Source: Bispira polyomma
Taxonomy: Eukaryota
DNA length: 64,000 bases
Reading direction: 5' to 3'
NCBI GenBank assembly: GCA_965649765.1
Contig: OZ287750.1
Location: 81,096,001-81,160,000 of the forward strand
Within the stretch, counting starts at the first letter, position 1. Every line of letters begins with the position of its first letter. Position numbers and translations under genes: made by a program. The notes below the pieces were generated by a model. It searched no databases, had not been told where the DNA came from, and worked only from the letters and a program-made list of their open reading frames with translations. Of the stretch, positions 38,896 to 50,987 are shown in pieces.

Positions 38896-40444
38896 TTTCA
38901 AAAAGAAGAAATTTAAACGAAGATCAAACCACAAGGCTTTCAAACTGATGGTTACTATTTTTTATATTCTGTTTTAGGTACAGATAACAATGCATACATT
39001 AATGTACAATAGTCAATTTATCAAAGGACACTTGTTACAATAGTAAGTTTAGAACTGAAGATTAACTAAGGTTAAGATGATCTCTTGTTTATCATGAAAT
39101 AATAAATGCTGTCCTAATTTCCGATGGTACTCAGAAACAGTGTAATCAGCAATATTACAATAGCCCTACAAAAGGCTCACATATACTTTACTGGGCCTTA
39201 AATTATATCTGGTTATTTAACCCGAATAAATTAAATTATCGCCGAGAAGTAAAGGAAATTATTCAGGTAATGCATTACAGATAGCTGGAGTCACTAAAAT
39301 ACACACCATAGACTACTTCCGGCATCCAATACTAGCCTCAACTATCATTTTTTAAATAGGAGATTCGGCTGTACTGACATTTTTTATTACAAGGAACTGA
39401 TAGAATAATATTTTGAAGTTGTCGATCGATTGTTTGCATGCCATAACTAAAAAAAAAAAATAAATAAATAAAAATTAATATGTATAATATATGAAATAAT
39501 ACATGCAAACTTTCATTGGTCACAATAACATGGTTACATTTGTCTGAACATATCAAACCATTTGCCAAATGGAGTGTCTGAGAACCGCTAGTTTGGTTTG
39601 GTGCAATAGGTTATAAAATATATTACATAAAACAGAATGTAGCAGTTTTAACTGTTTCGTATTCTGTTTTGTAAATTTTTAAGAGACAAGATGTAGGTTT
39701 AAAAGCCATTATTTTTTCTGCTTTAAATTTACTTATTATCGCCGCTTATCCGTCTTCTAACAAGAAGTTCAGGTTTAATATCAGGAACATAATTTATGCT
39801 CTGCTGTTGAAGGATTCAGTTGGGTTTTACATTGCTTTCAACAGCTTAGGTCATATCACGATGGTGAAAGAAACCGGTACGAAGCACTGTGCAAGCCACC
39901 AACCTATGGCAAGAAACTAACAAACTTCCCTGCACAAAGGAACAAACTGGATTCAAAAGTAAATTGGTAATAAACCAGTGAAAAACTCTGGCTTTTTTAT
40001 TTAACAAAGACATTGGACCATGAATATATAATACCATCAACATCATTTATACACATATATACATAATCAAGAGAAACAAGACTTTTAGATTAGATCAAGT
40101 AGGCTCCATCAGTGGCAGTGACCATAGATGGATACTGCCGCCCTGGCCATGTTGGCGGAATGGTCTCGCCTCCCATCTCTACAGTCATGGATTCGAATCT
40201 CAGCTGAGGTATGCATGTGGGAAACTGGGCAGTGTTTGCTGAAGAATGAGTGTTTGCAGTGCGGAAAGATTGACCAACTAATCTGTATGAGATACCTCCA
40301 TCAAAGAACTGCCCAGAGATCATAGTACACCAAAGTGATGCCAGGATTGGGCATGTCTGGCAAAAGGGGCGCCTCCTAGTTGTTTCAGTCAATACAAAAA
40401 AAATTAACCATTTTTTGCAAAATATGGGCCAGCTTTACCCATGA

Positions 40445-40750
40445 TATAATTTATAGAGCGCCAAATTGATTAGAACATCCTCTAAGGCGCTGATATCCAA
40501 AAAGGGAAGGTCCAGGGGCAAGCAAAAGGCCATTATCACCAGGGAAGGATGACTAAGGAGGGGGTATGTCAGTCTAGAAAGGTAAATTTTGGGATGGATA
40601 AGGATTCTGAAACTAGTGACCTGAAAGTCTGTAGGAGCCTGCTCCATTCAACAAGAGCTGCAACAGCAAAGCAGCTTCTGTCGATTTTCTTATTTGTTCT
40701 GGTTGAGGAACATAAGAAATAGTTTCCCTGGTAAGGCAATACACCCAGTG
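40445..40750 (-). mobile_element. L2-clade LINE 3' fragment (same family as 53300)
   Basis: Same 3' UTR blocks, plus CCATTCAACA...GCAACAGCAAAGCAG. Confidence 0.7.
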
Positions 40751-42149
40751 ACCCCTTAACCGTAAAAATGGTACATCGTAATATAATACGAAGGTGTTGC
40801 AGGTGATGCTCAAAACTCAAAGTAAGCACAGATAGATAAATATCACAAGCAACGAATAAAGTTGTTTATATAAAACATTTCTATGACCATTACTCTTGGT
40901 AGAATGTTGGCGAGGTAAGCTGTGAGTGATCAATTAGTTTTTGCAATGTAGAAAAAGGCCCCAGGGCTAGTGTTTGTAAACTGTCAAAATAGGATATGAC
41001 TAAGGGTTGATAACTGACTGTAAACGACTGTAAATTTACAATTAAAATCCGGAGAAAGGCTAGTAGATTCTATATGGCAGGTGTAACAATTGCATCTTTT
41101 GCTGACGTTTCAACAATGGTCCAATTATAATAAATAAATCTATAACAAGTGGTTTTACCTCTGATATCTAATGTTGTAAAGAAAGCCACAGTACGTTCCT
41201 CATAGCAATTGAATTCTGGACCCTACCTTTTAAACAATAATTTCTATACCATATACAGTTACAGTATAACTTTTAAAAAAATCACTTTTACCGTTATTAC
41301 ATTCATCCGAGGATTTTAAGGTGCTTGAGTAGTGGTTTAATTATCTGTTATTTTTTAAAAAATATAAAAGTTTTTACATTGTTCAAAATGTAAATTTCCA
41401 GCATTGCACTAATTGAAATTTGATTTGATCAATGACGTTTGTGACTGTCTATATTTAGGATTGAACTTAATATCCTGAAATGCAAGATAACATTTTAAAA
41501 TATCAGCCATATACAGTATGGCTATCTGAATGCTCATAATATCTTTGTATCGTGGTCTTTGATATTATGTCATATATTAAGGTCTATAATTAATTGACAG
41601 CCACAATTTCCACCTATGTGTGTGCAGTACTTTTCCATTAGCTGAATTCAAATACACTCATATTTTATAAGGCACAGCCTGATATTGCTGTCATTCTGAC
41701 AAGGCCGTGTATCTACCTTATGTTGGAAAGCACCGACATTTTTGAAATAATATATTTCAGGCCTTTTTTAGATCGGTTGGAAGCAATCCACCCTGCAAAA
41801 CTCAGGGGGTGTCAGATTAATATTCGTAGGTGGTGCCAAGCGGCCACCTAAGTTTAAACCATTTCAGGCCTATGTGCTAGTCACACTCTGTACCTGTGTC
41901 ATTTAAAAAAAAAGACAATTCTTGTTACAGGTGCATGTACTGCTGGTCATCACAGATTGAGGGTTGACATAAATCTCTGTGAACATTATTATTTCTTCCA
42001 CCAAGATGGTAATAATGTTTTGGGTCTGTTTCCATTAGTTTCTTTGTTTGTCACCAAGATTACAAACCAACTGATGGAATGAATATATGAAAAAAAATCT
42101 CTCAACAACCCTACTACCTTGTCTTTCCTCCGGTAACCACAAGAGAGGC

Positions 42150-42409
42150 TTTTGAATTTGAATTTGGATATTTAAAGTCCACTCTAGTACCTTTTAGTAG
42201 GTTACATTGGGATGGGTAGTTGGAAACACTGGAGGAAACACTGCAGTCAGTCAAGGTTCTGCACTGAAACCAGCGGCCCACAGTAAGGAACTACCACCTT
42301 TCCCACATAGGCATTGACGGGATTCGAACTAACACCGCCCAGAGGTGAGAGACCAGTGATTGTGAAGCGCAATGCTTGCTAACCACTAGGCCACCGCGGC
42401 CCCCCACCT
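42150..42409 (-). mobile_element. Full-length SINE, family A
   Basis: A-box GGTGGCCTAGTGG, B-box, 10-bp TSD CAAGAGAGGC at 42140-42149 and 42410-42419; inserted in an L2 fragment. Confidence 0.92.
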
Positions 42410-42732
42410 CAAGAGAGGCAAGAGACTTTTCGTTTACTCTGTATAAAACCCACCAAGAGGGCTGGATCTGGACCTCTCTCAATCGCTGCCCCTTTGTTAT
42501 GGAAAGAGTCTCCCAGTTGAGCTTAGATCTCTAGAAACTCTATGTGGGGTTGAGGAGAAAACTTAAAACCTATTTCTTCAAGCTTGTTTAGCCCCCTTAG
42601 TTCGCTCTGTTACAGTTCCCTCCATGTTTTTTTTTTAAATTCTCGATTGGTTAATTGTTTTCTCTTGCTGTGTTTTCGAAGATGCCTTACATCAATAAAC
42701 TGTGTTAAAAAATGCAAAGTACAATACAATAT
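42410..42732 (+). mobile_element. L2/CR1-clade LINE 3' fragment
   Basis: GTCTCCCAGTTGAGCTTAGATC is identical to the copy near 32186; LKTYFFK end and (ATACA)n-like tail. Confidence 0.75.
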
Positions 42733-43806
42733 CAATTTGATGGATGAATCCATTCAATTTTGGTGTAGATCTGGGTAAAAGGGGCAGATCCAGTCTCCCT
42801 TTTGTTGCACTGTGGTATCTTAACAGAGCTATGCGCTCTACAGAGTACCCTTTTACTCCAAGACAAGTTTTATATAAGAGTAGTAATGAGTTTATGACCT
42901 AAATTATTTATTTATTTTAAATAAGTGCATCATATACACTTAATTGTGCAAGAATAAAGTCACTGGACAACAATAATATAATACCCTTATATATATTGGC
43001 CTTATAAGCAAATCTATGTTCAGGGATATTTGAAATGTGTGTAATAGGTACAATAAAATTGCAGGAGTTTGACATTCTACTAAGTGCTATTCCAGTTGTC
43101 ACATGTTAATTATTCGTTTATTTGATAATAATTAACATTATTATTGTCCTTCATTGTTTTTATTTATATGTCTCTTTACATTAAGCGATATTTGGGATGT
43201 TTGAAAGGTATACTAGAATAGTACATACTCTTTGTAGTCAAGTAGACCGAATAATCTGTCCCTATTTAGTGAGATTCCTTGTTGTTATTTTAACGACGGA
43301 ATACACAAAAAGGGAGAGAACGGCTACAATAAAACAAAAAGTTGTAAATCAAAATTAGGCATATATGGAGATAGAATCTGGTAAAATAAATACATTCCCT
43401 CATTCCTTATGTATGATATAATAGGCGATTTTCTGTTTTTTCATGCCAATATGGTACATATAAATTAAAATAAAATAAGAACTAAACTAGTAGGTTTGCG
43501 ATGACGTTAGGAAGATAGAAAAATTGTTCAGTGACGAATGGTCAGGGATGTTGCACCGAGTTACTGTAGTAAGGCGCGTGCCTCATCGCAGTTCAATTAA
43601 AGACACCAACTGGGAAGGACGTATAAATTTTTATTCTGTGAACGAACGATAAGTATGTGATAAAACCTTGGATTTTATGGTTTAACATCAGGAGTGTCAA
43701 GTCAATTTACTGAACATCTACCCAGTTGGTGCAGAGGAAATTTATGTGATTTTGGAAACGAACTAACTGTGTCAGTACTTAAATTTCAAAAACAGTGTTT
43801 AACATT

Positions 43807-45100
43807 ATGAGACTAAGAAAGCTAATAAGGGCCCAGTCAGTGCCAGCAAGATTGTGGCTAGCAGAAGTGGCAGGTTGTAGTTCCTCCTGACCAAGCAGCG
43901 TTTATCTCCATAGAGTCTACTTGTCTAATGTCAGCTTGTTTCTTTCTACTGGAAAAACAGCAGGTCGAGGGCAGCTGACAGCTAACTCGGCGAGTAAGCT
44001 CACGTTTCCTGTTGGAAGACCTACTACTCGCAGTGTGGTGAAAACAGCTAGTACAACAGGTGGAAACCTCCAGAGTACACGTTCAGATGTCAGTGGTGAT
44101 GGGGTACAGCAGCAGACCGTAGCGGATGCAGTGGCACAGCAGTTTGGCCAGCTTACACAGGCAGTTCTGACGTTACAGGAGGCTAATACTACTTTATTAG
44201 CTCGGGTGGATACTATGCAAAACGCGAGTGCAAGTTCAGATGTGTGTGTTCAACAAGAAGCTAGTGTTTCGGCTAACATAGTATCTGACAACCCTCAAAA
44301 GGGCAGCCCCTCACTGGGGGGGGGGGGGGGGGGGGGTTCTCCCGACACCAGAACTTTCACAAACTGTAGGTTCCAGTTCCGGAGTTAGGTCGGATCTTGC
44401 TGTGCAGAGAGAAGTACAACGTTGTCTACTTGAGATGGAGGATCAGGAAGAACAGGTGCTAGACTTCGGTTTGTGTAACAGTACTGTTAATAATAGAAAG
44501 GTTAAGTATGGGCAATTTAGAGTAGGGGGGAAACCCCTTGTAAGAGGTTCATATACTGGCCCCACGACCTTTGCTTTATCTGCAGTGACTGTAAGCATGT
44601 CACTTATGATGAGTTAACTCTCCTCCAATGGTCACTCGGGTTTAATCGTTGCATACTTAAAGAACCGGATGTAGTCATACAGCAAAATATGCTAAATTAT
44701 GGAACTGAGTTGTTACAAAATGCAATGGATCTCGGGTGGGCTGTCGCGAAACTCGCTCACAGAATAGTGCTGTGTAGCATGGAAGACGGGTTACTCACTT
44801 GGGGTGAGCTAGAAAAAGTAAACAATATACGCAGGCAGTTTGTAGAATGGCAGGTAGTTGCCACTACCAAATCTGGAACCAGTTCCTTCATAAATGCGAG
44901 TACTAACAATAAAGAAGTCCAAAATTTCAAACAGGTACATGTGATTCCAGTATGGATCACAAAGTAGGAAACACTCGGCACAGACATATATGTGCTTATT
45001 GTGTGACAAACATGGGCAGACCTTATCCCCACAAAGAAATAGATTGCCAACAAAAGAAGGCAAAAAACGGAGGGCCAAGCACTCGTCAGTAAATAATAAG
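43807..45100 (+). pseudogene. Disrupted gag-like ORF1 of a DIRS/Ngaro-type element
   Basis: Fragments in several frames: coiled-coil-like QLTQAVLTLQEANTTLLARVD, then WPHD...YDELTLLQWSLGF...MLNY...LGWAVAKLAHRIVLCSMEDGLLTW, and a remnant Cys/His knuckle (CLLCDKHG). Confidence 0.7.
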
Positions 45101-46569
45101 TCCTGGCCAAAATCAAAGGGGACAGGTGGTAAAAGTAATGAACTCTCTCATAAAATAAAAACGTTTGAAATCAGTAAGACATATCAATTAGACAATATTA
45201 GTTCCCCAACAGTAGTAGTTGGAAATAATTTGTTTTGTTGTTTGCCCTCAGGGCAGGAAATTATTAATACGCGTAAGTGTGTTTATAATTTTGACAATGT
45301 TGTATCACCTCTTGGGCTTAATTACACTAGTAAATGTTCATGTTACTGCACATATAGGCAGGGCAAGGTTACTTTAGTTTTCTGTACATATTGTTGGTTA
45401 ATCTCACCAAGTGGGGGATTGTATGACGATTCACTTGAAGGTGAACAGGCTTTTATATTTCATGTAAAGGCGGACAATTATCCCTGTTACAAGGTTGTAT
45501 TACACAAATATGTTTCAGTGCTAAATGCTGATAAATTGTTAGTTAACATGGAGGCTTCTGGCCTGAAAAAAATGTATGACACGGGAAATATAGCATATAA
45601 CAGCCATACCCACACTTCTGCGCAGTAGCATGCGCACACAGGTCAATTTGGTTTGAGAAGCCAGGTGGGCGATGGGTTTAATTTTGGGGGCAGTTTTCCT
45701 GCTTTGAGCACTCGAGTACTTTCGGATACAGACTTACTATTTCGGAATATAGCTGAATGTCACTCGGACCAGCTCTCGGGTTTAACAACGAGTTTATCCT
45801 CAGACACGCGACAGCAATTTTTAGCGCGTGCACAATGTACTCGCGTAGGAATGCAAATACCATATAACAAACACATCTTCACAGTTGGCACGTGTCAATT
45901 TGTTTTGTCTGCTCTCGCCAACCTAGAAAGTAGTAAAGGGAATTTTTCTCCCTTGTTTGGTATTTCTGAAACACAGATTGAACTTGCCAGTTATTTTGTT
46001 CATAATTCCACTAGTTTTACAAACAATGTAATTCAGCAATGCATTTGCTTACTTATTAGTTTTTATTTGGCTGTTTGGCATAAAAATCAATGTCGGGCTC
46101 ATGTACGAGCAATGTATAATTTATGCCATATGTTTGACAGTCACTTCACAACAGTTAGCAGACGTGACAGTACAGTCAGTAGAGCTTCAGTGGCACATAT
46201 CTACAGGGGTTACTTGTGTATACACATATTAAACTTCCTTGTTTATTCATTTAAAGCTCATGTATGCTTCTTTAAAATTTTAGGAGCATTGTTTGATAGC
46301 TCCAGTATTATACTCAAACAGTTTAACAATAGCGTGTTTTCAATTGTTAACAATGCTCTGTGCAGCATTTGCATTATCAGTGGTTATGTTTACTGGGTAG
46401 GTCAGTTATTTAACCAGTATATTGTTCACTTGTGGGTTAACATAGTCAGTCTTATAAACATCAATAAGGCCACACTCCCAGTTGGTCACTTAGTTCCTAG
46501 TCTCTGTGTTATGACTCGGTACACCTCTAGGTTTAATAACATGGGCAGGGCTACGGTTATTTTGCCAGT

Positions 46570-48410
46570 ATGGTGCTATACAGTTCTACTTACCAAGTTA
46601 GTGTGCATATTAGCAACATGTCATATTGTAGCAGTGGTTTGTCGGACTATTATAATGGGCAATATGAGGCTCATAAACATTCAGGACAATTTAAGTTTGG
46701 TTATTTACCTCTCAGTCCTTTTCTCATGTCTATTGATGAGGACACTCTCAATGTTACATGTCAATCTGCAGTCACACTTCACAGTTCGGTTCACCAGGTA
46801 GGGGGTTGCTTTAATTTTCTATACCCAGGCATACCAGTCACCTCTACTCTTAACATGCCAGTGTGGCGTGAGTTGTTAAAGTATTATTATGATACTAAAC
46901 TGGTGGAGTTACTTGAATTCGGTTTTCCCATTGATACTCAGGATAAATCTCTTTTGACTCAACATTCATACAACCATCCTTCAGCAGGTGGTTACCCAGA
47001 TCATATCACACATTACATTACAACAGAATGTAACTATCAAGCTATTCAAGGCCCGTATGGACAAACCCCTTTAACTGACTTTCACATTTCACCTATGCTG
47101 ACCAGGCATAAACCAAACTCACGAAATAGGAGAGTCATTATAGATTTGTCATGGCCCAGGGATCACTCAGTAAATTCTAGTGTTACAAAAGAAGTGTATT
47201 TACATATAGATTTCATACTTACATATCCAACAGTGGATCATATGATAGATTATATTAAACAATGTGGTTCTGACTGTTATTTATTCAAGGTGGACCTTCA
47301 GTGTGCTTTTCGTAATTTGAGAGTGGACCCCTATGATTATCACCTGTTAGGCTTATTCTGGCAGAATTCTTATTATATTAATAAGGCGGTACCCTTTGGT
47401 CTACGACATGGTAGTCATTATTGCCAACGAATGACAGACAGTATTGGGTATATAATGGCTCAGCAAGGTTATGTGGTGTACAACTATATTGATGACATAA
47501 TTGGTATACACAGTTCCCTTGAGGCTGTGACCTCAGCTTTCAATTATCTACTCACTTTGCTCAAGAATCTAGGTCTTCCTATCAGTCAGTCCAAGTTAGA
47601 GCATCCAGGTAAAGCCATAACGTGCTTAGGGTTAAACATTGATGTAACAGCCGGTACTCTCAGTCTCCCTCAGGCTAAACTCACAGAAATAATTGAGCTT
47701 TGTGTTGAATGGAGTCATAGAACATTTGGTACCAAGACTAAAGTGCAGAGCATTATTGGTAAACTTCTATATGTCAGTAAATGCGTCAGACCAGCTAGAC
47801 TTTTTGTTAACCGTATGTTGCAGGTACTGCGTACTTGCCCTGATACTGGTCGGTTCAAGCTACCTAAATCCTTCATTGCTGATGTTAAATGGTTTGTGCA
47901 GTTTCTGAGTCAATTCAATGGAGTAGTGCTGTATGATTCACCCGTAGCTAACAGTGAGGTAGTTTACGTATATGCCAGCTTATCTGGTTTGGAAGCAGTG
48001 TATAAACAGCTTGGGTATCACATGAAATTAGATCAGATACCAGATCACCCTTCTATTATTGTACATCTTGAAATGCTTAATGTCTACACGGCCCTCACGA
48101 CATGGTTGTCTGCTTTCGTTAACTATCATATAATTTTATATTGTGACAATAGTACAGTAGTTAATATCTTAAACTTCAACGGGGGAAAGACCCTTACCTT
48201 CTTAAAGTGGCTAGACATATACGGCTGCTCACAGCCACTCATAATATTACACTTCAGGTTAGGCATGTACCAGGAATTGACAATGTAGGGGCTGATCTGC
48301 TATCCAGGTATTCGGATTCTCAAAAGAGGAATAAGTTTCACTTATTGTTTCCACACACACAGTTCAGTCAGGTGCCTTGTCATGCCACGGCCCTCACTTG
48401 GGATATTTAA
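46570..48410 (+). pseudogene. Reverse transcriptase + RNase H of a tyrosine-recombinase retrotransposon (Ngaro-like), frameshifted near 48180-48207
   Basis: RT motifs NHPSA, RRVIIDLSWP, FKVDLQCAFR, PFGLRHG, NYIDD, CLGLNID. RNase H motifs YAS (normally DAS), HLEMLNV, CDNSTVV and HVPGIDNVGADLLSR in the next frame. No methyltransferase domain seen. Confidence 0.93.
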
Positions 48411-48447
48411 GCACTTATGTTATATGTATATATGTTTTGTATTGTAG

Positions 48448-49412
48448 GTTCCGATAGATTACGACAACTCTTGTCTTCTGCTCAGGTTCGAGCCAAATTT
48501 GCCTTTCAGCCCAGAACTCGGGCTCTTTATAGCTGCTCCCTTTCTCACTTTCTTAAATTTTGTGTACAAAACTCAGTCCCTCACCCACATTACTCAGTTA
48601 GTGTTATTCTTGCGTACATCCAGCATCTTGTACATTTAAACTTATCTTATCCCACCATTATCTTTCGGCACTTAAACATCATTTTCGACGGTTTGGCTTG
48701 AACTTGGAAGTATTCACTAATGTCAAGGTAGCAATGTTACTTAGGTCTATTAATAATAATATTCCTAGAAACATAAAGGTAAAAGACATTTTTGGGGTCG
48801 AGAACCTTAAGAAGATTTGTGTGCAGTGTGTCAATTTACCTTTGTGTAGTGTATATAAGGCAGTGTTTTTAATAGCCTTCTTTGGCTTGTTTCGCATTAG
48901 CAATTTGCTGTCTCACTCTGTGTATATGTATGATAGTGAACGCTTGCTTCTCAGGCGTGATGTACAATTGCAGGATCCTGGGTTAGTGATTAGTGTAAAA
49001 TGGACAAAAACCATGCAAAGTCGACAAACTAATGTTTAGTTACAACTATCACGATTGGCTGGTTCATCTTTATGCCCTGTTCAGGCTGTTTCTGATATGT
49101 TTAGTCAATTTCCAGCCCCTTTGGCTACTCTGTTGTTTGTAGTCCCTTGTTCAGCAGGTTATCAAGTTTTAACAGATGTTAAGGTTAGATATGTATTACA
49201 AGATATTTTGGCCATTCTTGTCCTCAACAATTCCACACTCAGGTTCCATGCGTTCTGAAAGTCGGGAGCTTCTCTCCTTTTCCAAAACAATGTCCCTCTT
49301 CAGTGCTTGCAAGCTCATGCAACTTGGACTTCAGACTCTGTCTGGTCCTATCTTCAGGTTGGGTAAAAAGCTTAATCTCATTCCACACACTTTTCAATCC
49401 ATTCTTTCATAA
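48448..49412 (+). pseudogene. Tyrosine recombinase, disrupted
   Basis: AFQPRTRALY N-terminal part, FFGLFRISNL (catalytic R), KWTKTMQ, LCPVQAV, HAF*KSGAS (HxxR with R replaced by TGA at 49256-49258), HATWTSDSVWSY (W...Y). Confidence 0.9.
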
Positions 49413-49794
49413 AAAAAGTATATCTATATACATATATAATTATACATTATTCTTTCTAAATTCTTGTTTGGCTTGGAGTGTTTAGTAATATTCTTTAGTA
49501 TCCACTAAATAATATCACCAACTATAAAATGACTTGTTAAGGTCGCACAATGTCATACACATGTGGTGAACTGAACTTATGGAACTAATAAATTACCAAA
49601 AAGTATTTTGTTGTTATCTATGTCTTCAACTATAAAGGTCACTGTTCCTTTCAACGTCACGGCCATTTTACGTCAGGCGAAATGTTTTCTTATGGTAGCC
49701 GTTCTCCCCCTTTTCGTGTATTCCGTCATCAAAATAACAGCAAGGAATCTCGCTAAATAGGGACCGATTATTCGGTCTATAGTCAAGGGAATAA

Positions 49795-50030
49795 TTAAAA
49801 TTAAATTTTAGTTGTTTTTTACAACCAGCCAGATTTAATGGTGGAATAAAACCAGTGCTAAAGCATTGTAAACCACCGAGGTAGGCTATAGAAATTATTG
49901 TTAAAATGGAGGCAAGTACCTGATCACATTTTCCATATGAAGGAACGAACATGATTTGAACCCATATTTTGCGGAGAGGTTAGTGATTGTAAAGCAGGTG
50001 CTTCTAACCACAAGACCACCATGGCCCCTT
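49795..50030 (-). mobile_element. Older diverged SINE related to family A
   Basis: Reverse complement gives a GGGGCCATGGTGGTCTTGTGGTTAGAAGCACCTGCTTTACAATCAC head and the same core. Confidence 0.7.
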
Positions 50031-50732
50031 AAGGTGCTATAGACTTGTAATATGTTTAAAAATAATCAAGTTGATGCAAATACTAATAATTCCCGAAATT
50101 AAGTTCCCTTGGGCCTGAAAACATTCAGATACTGCTAGAAGCACAACGCTTGGGTACAAGGCTATTGTTGGAATCTACATGCCTTTAATTAAGGGTTTTT
50201 TTGCAAACTGAAAATGTCATTTAGATTCATTCTTTTTGTCACAAAAGTTATTATAAATGTTCTGAGCTGAACCAAAGCTATTTATCAACCAAGTCGATTC
50301 ATTGTGTAGAACATATTAACATCAACGAACATACCTTTGAAATGCAACTAACATGTCATGATAATAAATAGTAAAATTGGTACGAATCAATTTTAAGGGC
50401 GTAGACTTATTTCAAATAAAATGTTTTTCAATTCATTAAAAAGATATATTTAGGTGTGCATAATATGGTCTGTATACATGTACTAGTATTGTAATTGAAT
50501 ATTTATGTGTTATTAAACAGCAATCATAAAATCGAAAGTAGTGACAGTATTAACATACTTTATTATTTTTATTACATATCATTATGAATTTGAAAGTTAA
50601 TGCTTCATTTCAAAATATTCAAAAATGAGACAATCTGGTATAAACATTCACTTATATTTCTGCTCTAGTAGCAGATTTTAGAAATTGTAAAACAAATTCA
50701 TCTTTTCCCAGACCTATTTATTGTTTATAGAA

Positions 50733-50987
50733 ATAGAAAGGGCACTCAGTCAAGTGGACACCTCCGCCAAGGTGCCCAAAGACTGACAAAACTCCAAAGA
50801 TTCACCCTCCGACCTGCATCTACTCCAAAATGTATTCCATTAATGTACTGTTCTATGGCCTATGCCCCTCCCATTTTTTCATTAATAATTATATGTAAAT
50901 CAGTTCAGCAGTTTCTGCGTGTAATCCTGATGACAAACCAATAGACAGATAAACACATAAAACATATAAAACCTCCTTTTTGAATAG
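50733..50987. mobile_element. Helentron-type non-autonomous element
   Basis: AAAGGGCACTCAGTCAAGTGGACACCTCCGCCAAGG start, GTAATCCTGATGACAAAC, (ACAG/AAAC)-like repeats, AACCTCCTT end. Confidence 0.55.

Larger units (their letters stand above)
41985..42856. mobile_element. Helentron-type non-autonomous element (HINE/DINE-like) hosting L2 and SINE insertions
   Basis: Left part TTCTTCCACCAAGATGGTAATAATGTTTT with (TTTG)n-like repeats, right part ATGCGCTCTACAGAGTACCCTTT. The same end motifs occur in reverse at 34696-35401 and 50733-50987. Confidence 0.5.
43243..49779 (+). mobile_element. Composite element: TAG...CTA terminal-inverted-repeat shell enclosing a YR retrotransposon
   Basis: 90-bp TIRs at 43243-43332 and 49690-49779 (82/90 identical by hand alignment); flanking direct repeat TAGTCAAG at 43235-43242 and 49780-49787. 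Confidence 0.9.

Noticed and set aside
30000-43200. Short ORFs in the upstream interval as genes
   Set aside because: They overlap SINE or LINE fragments or AT-rich sequence and lack coherent exon structure.
43243-49779. Canonical DIRS1 element whose ITRs are the 90-bp repeats
   Set aside because: The flanking TSD, the lack of a visible internal complementary region or methyltransferase, the DLSWP/PFGLR RT type and the short relatives with variable 9-bp TSDs do not fit a standard DIRS1. Not fully excluded without other copies.
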